Of a stretch of 64,000 nt of DNA, positions 60,157 to 64,000 are shown in pieces. Numbering within the stretch: the first letter of the stretch is position 1; every line of letters starts with the position of its first letter. A model generated the notes under the pieces. The model made no database searches and was not told the DNA's origin. It saw nothing but the letters and a program-made list of their open reading frames with translations. This DNA comes from Phycisphaerae bacterium (GTDB lineage Bacteria > Planctomycetota > Phycisphaerae > UBA1845 > Fen-1342), in NCBI GenBank assembly GCA_050115495.1, contig JASFQK010000011.1:94490-158489 (forward strand), given 5' to 3'. The position numbers were made by a program, and so were the translations under genes.

Positions 60157-62355
60157 ATGCGATCCAGTCTGTTTGTGTTTGTGTGCGTCACCGCCCTGAT
60201 CATGGCCGTGGCCTCTCAGGCTACTCCGGGTGGCGACGGTTACGCCGACGACGGTGGGCGACTGCGCCAGGGCCGAACCGACTGCAACAACAACGGCATT
60301 GCTGACGCGATCGAAGTGGGGCCGCTCGACGGTCACGCGCTGTTGTTTGATGGCGTGGATGATTATGTGGACCCGGGGGCATCAGCGGTGTTGGACGACT
60401 TGGGGCAGGGGAACTTCACGCTGGAGGCGTGGGTATGCACGACGGATGAGGATCACGGTGTTCTGATCGGCAATGGCGGCGGTGCGGCGAGCATGTGGAA
60501 TCTCGTGATTCGTGGCTTCGAGTATGGTGGCGTGATCCGCCTCAGAATTAACGACGGCGTGTCCGAGAAGGACTGCCTGGGCACCGTCTCCGTCACTGAC
60601 GGGGCGTGGCATCACGTGGCCGCGGTGAGGCGGTTGGGGACGGGCAGCCTCGCGATCTTTATCGACGGCGTGCTCGATACCGAGGTCGCGGAGGAGTCCT
60701 CGCCATTCTCCTCGGTGAATCCGACGTACATAGGTCGTGATGCACGAACGAACCCGCCGTACTTCGAGGGAGCGATGGACGACGTGCGTGTGTGGAACAC
60801 GGCGCGGAGCGAGGCCGAGATTGCGGCAGACATGTACAGGGTTCTGAAGGGCGACGAGTGGCTGTTGGCGGCGTACTGGCGGTTCGACGAGGGAGCAGGC
60901 ACGATTGCTTCGGACTCGGCGGGCGACAGCGACGGGGATTTGGTTGGCCCGCCGGCGTGGCTGGCGATCGCCGACGACTGCAACGGCAGCGGCGTGCCGG
61001 ACGAGTGCGAGACACTGCCGACCGGCGTCATCTATGTCGATGACGACGCGGGCGGCGGTCTGAATGACGGATCGAGCTGGGCGGACGCGTTTGTGGAACT
61101 GCGCGACGCACTGGCCTACGCGGAGTGTACCGGGCAGATCACCGAGATTCGCGTGGCGGGTGGGACGTACAAGCCGGGGACGGTCCCTAACGAATCATTC
61201 GATTTGCAGAACGGCGTTGCGTTGCGCGGCGGTTATCGCGGATTGGCGGGCGGGGGTGGACCGGATGACCGCGACATCGCCGCCTTCGAGAGTATCCTCA
61301 GCGGCGATATCGGCGTCATCGACGATACGAGCGACAACAGCAACCACGTCGTGGCCGGTCGCAACGTGGACGCGTCGGCTGTGATTGAGGGATTCACGAT
61401 CACCAAAGGGAACGGAACCAGCGGCAGCGGCGCGCGAATTGTTCAAGGCAGCCCGACGATCGCTTACTGCACGTTCAGCAGGAACAAAGCCACTTACGGC
61501 GGTGGCATGGCCATCGTCGAGCACAGCGCCCCAACGCTCATAAGCTGCACGTTCAGCCGCAACTCGGCCGACCTTCGTGGCGGTGGGGTGTACAACGACG
61601 ACCACAGCGACCCAACGCTCATATATTGCACGTTCAGCCGCAACTCGGCCGTCCATAGCGGCGGTGGGGTGTGCAGCTTCGACCAGGGGAACTCGACGCT
61701 CACATGCTGCGTATTCAGCGGCAACTCGGCCGATTACGGCGGCGCGGCATACAACAACGAAAGTGATCAGACGCTGGCCAATTGCACGTTTTGCAGGAAC
61801 TCGGCCACCTACGGAGGTGGGGCGATTTACAACTCTTGGTACAGCAGCGCGGTGGTACAGAACTGCACCCTATGGGCCAACACGGCTGCCAGCGGTCCAC
61901 AGATCGACGGTGATGAGAGCGTCACGACAGCAACCTACAGTTGCATCCAGGGCGGCTGGCCGGGCGAGGGCAACATCAGTGCCAACCCGTTCTTCGTGGA
62001 CGCCGACGGGCCCGACGATATCCCCGGCACGGAGGATGACGATCTGCGTCTGATGCCCACGGCATCGCCCTGTATCGATGCCGGCAGTAATGCGATCGTT
62101 CCGGCCGACACGTTTGATCTCGACGACGACGGCGACACGACTGAGCCGATTCCGTTCGATGTCGCGGGCAACGCCCGGTTTGTGAATGACGTGAACCGCC
62201 CGGATGGCGGAGAAGGCGAGTCGCCGGTCGTCGACATGGGAGCCTTCGAGTCTGTCGGGCAGGTTGCCGGCTCGGCTGACCTCGACGGCGACGGCGACGT
62301 GGACATAGACGACTTCGAGCTGTTCCAGCAGCAGTTCACCGGCCCACTGCCGTAG
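60157..62355 (+). CDS. Array paralogue copy 4 (LamG, beta-helix, EF-hand-like tail)
   Basis: MRSSLFVF... start; VDMGAFE; DLDGDGDVDIDDFELFQQQFTGPLP. Confidence 0.88.
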   Translation: MRSSLFVFVCVTALIMAVASQATPGGDGYADDGGRLRQGRTDCNNNGIADAIEVGPLDGHALLFDGVDDYVDPGASAVLDDLGQGNFTLEAWVCTTDEDHGVLIGNGGGAASMWNLVIRGFEYGGVIRLRINDGVSEKDCLGTVSVTDGAWHHVAAVRRLGTGSLAIFIDGVLDTEVAEESSPFSSVNPTYIGRDARTNPPYFEGAMDDVRVWNTARSEAEIAADMYRVLKGDEWLLAAYWRFDEGAGTIASDSAGDSDGDLVGPPAWLAIADDCNGSGVPDECETLPTGVIYVDDDAGGGLNDGSSWADAFVELRDALAYAECTGQITEIRVAGGTYKPGTVPNESFDLQNGVALRGGYRGLAGGGGPDDRDIAAFESILSGDIGVIDDTSDNSNHVVAGRNVDASAVIEGFTITKGNGTSGSGARIVQGSPTIAYCTFSRNKATYGGGMAIVEHSAPTLISCTFSRNSADLRGGGVYNDDHSDPTLIYCTFSRNSAVHSGGGVCSFDQGNSTLTCCVFSGNSADYGGAAYNNESDQTLANCTFCRNSATYGGGAIYNSWYSSAVVQNCTLWANTAASGPQIDGDESVTTATYSCIQGGWPGEGNISANPFFVDADGPDDIPGTEDDDLRLMPTASPCIDAGSNAIVPADTFDLDDDGDTTEPIPFDVAGNARFVNDVNRPDGGEGESPVVDMGAFESVGQVAGSADLDGDGDVDIDDFELFQQQFTGPLP

Positions 62356-62381
62356 CGGCCACCGCGCGCGGACATAGCGAT

Positions 62382-62407
62382 GTAGGGCAGGTCATTGACC
62401 TGCCCTA
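62382..62407. repeat. GTAG-type REP-like hairpin between convergent genes
   Basis: g-tagggcaggtca-t-tgacctgcccta; perfect 12-bp arms. Confidence 0.65.
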
Positions 62408-62421
62408 TCCGGCCCTTGCCA

Positions 62422-63417
62422 TCAGGCTCTCTGGCGGCGAATCGCCACGACGCCCGTGAGCAGCAGCATCAGCCCGGCCGCCGGTTCCGGAACCATCGCC
62501 ACCCGGAAACCGATCCCGTACGGCTCGTTGCTGGGATCGCTGCTCATGCAGGCGGAAGCGCTCAGGACGAACGGCGTCGGTTCACTGAACGAACCGCCGC
62601 GCATCCCGCGCTGCCCGCCGACGACGCTCTCGTTCCACTCCCACACATTGCCGCCCTGATCGAACGTCCCATAAGCACTGTCCGAGGGCTTGGCCGTGTA
62701 GGCTCCGACTTCCGTGGTGAAATAGGTCGGGTCGATGTAACCGCCGGGCAGTTTGAACTGGTTGACCGATCCGTTCGTCATGTCCGTGCCTGGGGGCGCT
62801 TCGGCCGTCGGCGCCGCGTCGGACTGCGTTGGGTAGTCCCAGTAGCCCGCGTCGAGCCCGCCGCCCTTGTAGTAGGCCGCCTTGTACCACTCGTCCTGCG
62901 TCGGCAGGAACACCAATGCGTCTGGATTGCGCGTCACGCTCGCGCCCAGCGACATGTTGTACGCCCCATTCTCCGTCGTCGTCTCATCCTGCGTGCCGAC
63001 GGGGCAGCCGTTGTGCATCCAGTTCGCAAACCGCAACGCGTCGTACCAACTGACGTAATTCACCGGCCGACTCTCTCGACTGGCCCGCGCCGTATAGACC
63101 CACGGATCCGCGTCGGTCCCGGCCCCGGTGCGGGCGATTCCGCCGATGCTGTTCCATCCGCCGCCCATGTCGGCGTTGTAGAGGCCGTTCGCGTCGCCCG
63201 TAGCCGCCACGGCGTTCAGGAACGAGGCATACTGGGTGTTCGTCACCTCATATGTGCCGATGCAGTACTCGCGGCCGACTGCTCCATATCCTTCGCCATG
63301 GATGTCCGCGGCGTTGCCGGCGTCGCCGACCGAGACCCATGCCATGTCGATGTCCGCGAACGCCGCCACGGTGCACATAACCGCAACGATGAGCGCTGTT
63401 CCAATGCTCCTATCCAT
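62422..63417 (-). CDS. FGE-sulfatase (SUMF1/formylglycine-generating enzyme-like) domain PEP-CTERM protein
   Basis: Signal peptide; YEVTNTQY, PVNYVSWYDALRFANW, LPTQDEWYKAAY, DQGGNVWEW, RGGSF, IGFRVA; VPEP..RRQR tail. Confidence 0.9.
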   Translation of the reverse strand: MDRSIGTALIVAVMCTVAAFADIDMAWVSVGDAGNAADIHGEGYGAVGREYCIGTYEVTNTQYASFLNAVAATGDANGLYNADMGGGWNSIGGIARTGAGTDADPWVYTARASRESRPVNYVSWYDALRFANWMHNGCPVGTQDETTTENGAYNMSLGASVTRNPDALVFLPTQDEWYKAAYYKGGGLDAGYWDYPTQSDAAPTAEAPPGTDMTNGSVNQFKLPGGYIDPTYFTTEVGAYTAKPSDSAYGTFDQGGNVWEWNESVVGGQRGMRGGSFSEPTPFVLSASACMSSDPSNEPYGIGFRVAMVPEPAAGLMLLLTGVVAIRRQRA

Positions 63418-63641
63418 CCTGTCACCTCTCCTGGAATCGCCCACACAGGTCGAAGACCGCTCCTCCGGCCCCGCGCCGGATTCGGATCCCCGCCATGCCA
63501 GGTCCATTCAGATGCCGCTCGCGGCCCACGGAGGCCGCGACCGGTAGTATGACGATAGTATAAATCGTAATATGTCACAAGTCAGACCATCGACTTTGAC
63601 ACCGTAGACGCCACAAGCCCGCCGCCCCGCGCGGGCATAGC

Positions 63642-63698
63642 AATGTAGGGCGGGCCGTGCCCGCCAGAGAGTCCGGCGGGCACGGCCCGCCCTACATT
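63642..63698. repeat. GTAG-type REP doublet (REPIN-like)
   Basis: aatgtagggcgggccgtgcccgcc / ggcgggcacggcccgccctacatt; perfect 24-bp inverted repeat with a 9-nt spacer. Confidence 0.8.
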
Positions 63699-63727
63699 TC
63701 TTGAAGGACCTTTTTTGCGAGTTTTTC

Positions 63728-63756
63728 TTGACTTGCACGCGTTTATCGGGCATACT
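63728..63756 (+). promoter_or_regulatory. Sigma70-type promoter for a gene beyond the window
   Basis: TTGACT-17 nt-CATACT in an AT-richer stretch. Confidence 0.5.
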
Positions 63757-64000
63757 TGCCTATGATCAAACAGGCGAATCGCGCAATGCGATTATGCAAG
63801 ACAATTTGAGTTTGCGGAGTCATCGTGAGCCTTCCAATGCGCCCTCGCGGCGCTGCGGTTCGTGCTGTTTGATCACACGGTGGCTCCGCCTATGTGCAAG
63901 GCGAGCCGAGAAGGTGCTGCAACACCAACCCGGCTCTGGCCAAGCTACACCCCAAGGAGGTGCAGATGGTTGCCGTCAATAGTACCGGGGATCCCATCGA

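Noticed and set aside
62422..62620. FGE-domain gene as a diversity-generating retroelement target
   Set aside because: The fold is a known DGR target type, but no reverse transcriptase or template repeat differing at adenines is visible in the window.
63563..63580. Additional Rex site (aatcgtaatatgtcacaa)
   Set aside because: One good half-site only; spacing does not match the other candidates.
63765..63835. c-di-GMP-I riboswitch-like leader
   Set aside because: Only a short aatcgc/gcgatt hairpin is present; the second stem and conserved core could not be identified.

Overview
High-GC bacterial window. The gene content (PEP-CTERM proteins, Cys/Asp-rich dockerin-tailed secreted proteins, PKD/WD40 and CAP lipoproteins) suggests an anaerobic planctomycete, probably Phycisphaerae; this is inference. 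(1) 1-2.6 kb: end of a solute-binding protein gene and a TonB-dependent receptor. (2) 2.9-28.5 kb: a ~26 kb minus-strand hydrogen-metabolism supercluster. It holds two multimeric [FeFe]-hydrogenases (one canonical HydABC, one whose HydB is fused to a GltD/NfnB-like NADP(H) flavoprotein module), the maturases hydE/hydG/hydF plus an aspA-like gene, and three apparent regulatory layers. These are Rex with candidate operators, a sensory hydrogenase-histidine kinase with response regulators, and a DRTGG/PHP/RsbT-type kinase module in which the kinase is fused to a degenerate hydrogenase domain. A block of REP-like palindromes and an opposite-strand orphan gene interrupt the maturation genes. (3) 28.8-37.7 kb: housekeeping genes (cysE, rne, TIGR03936-like, ptsP, HPr, EIIA, hpf/raiA, LacI regulator). 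(4) 38-46.6 kb: lipoproteins, gapN and a membrane MutS-like ATPase. (5) 46.8-64 kb: a cell-surface island with PEP-CTERM genes, a candidate nhaA-I (Li+-type) riboswitch before a small membrane protein, and a tandem array of four paralogous LamG/beta-helix/Cys-repeat genes. The array has conserved 108-bp spacers, one copy frameshifted by an 8-nt deletion, and a remnant of a fifth copy. No rRNA, tRNA, CRISPR array, transposase or integrase was seen. All family assignments come from motif recognition by eye, not from database searches.
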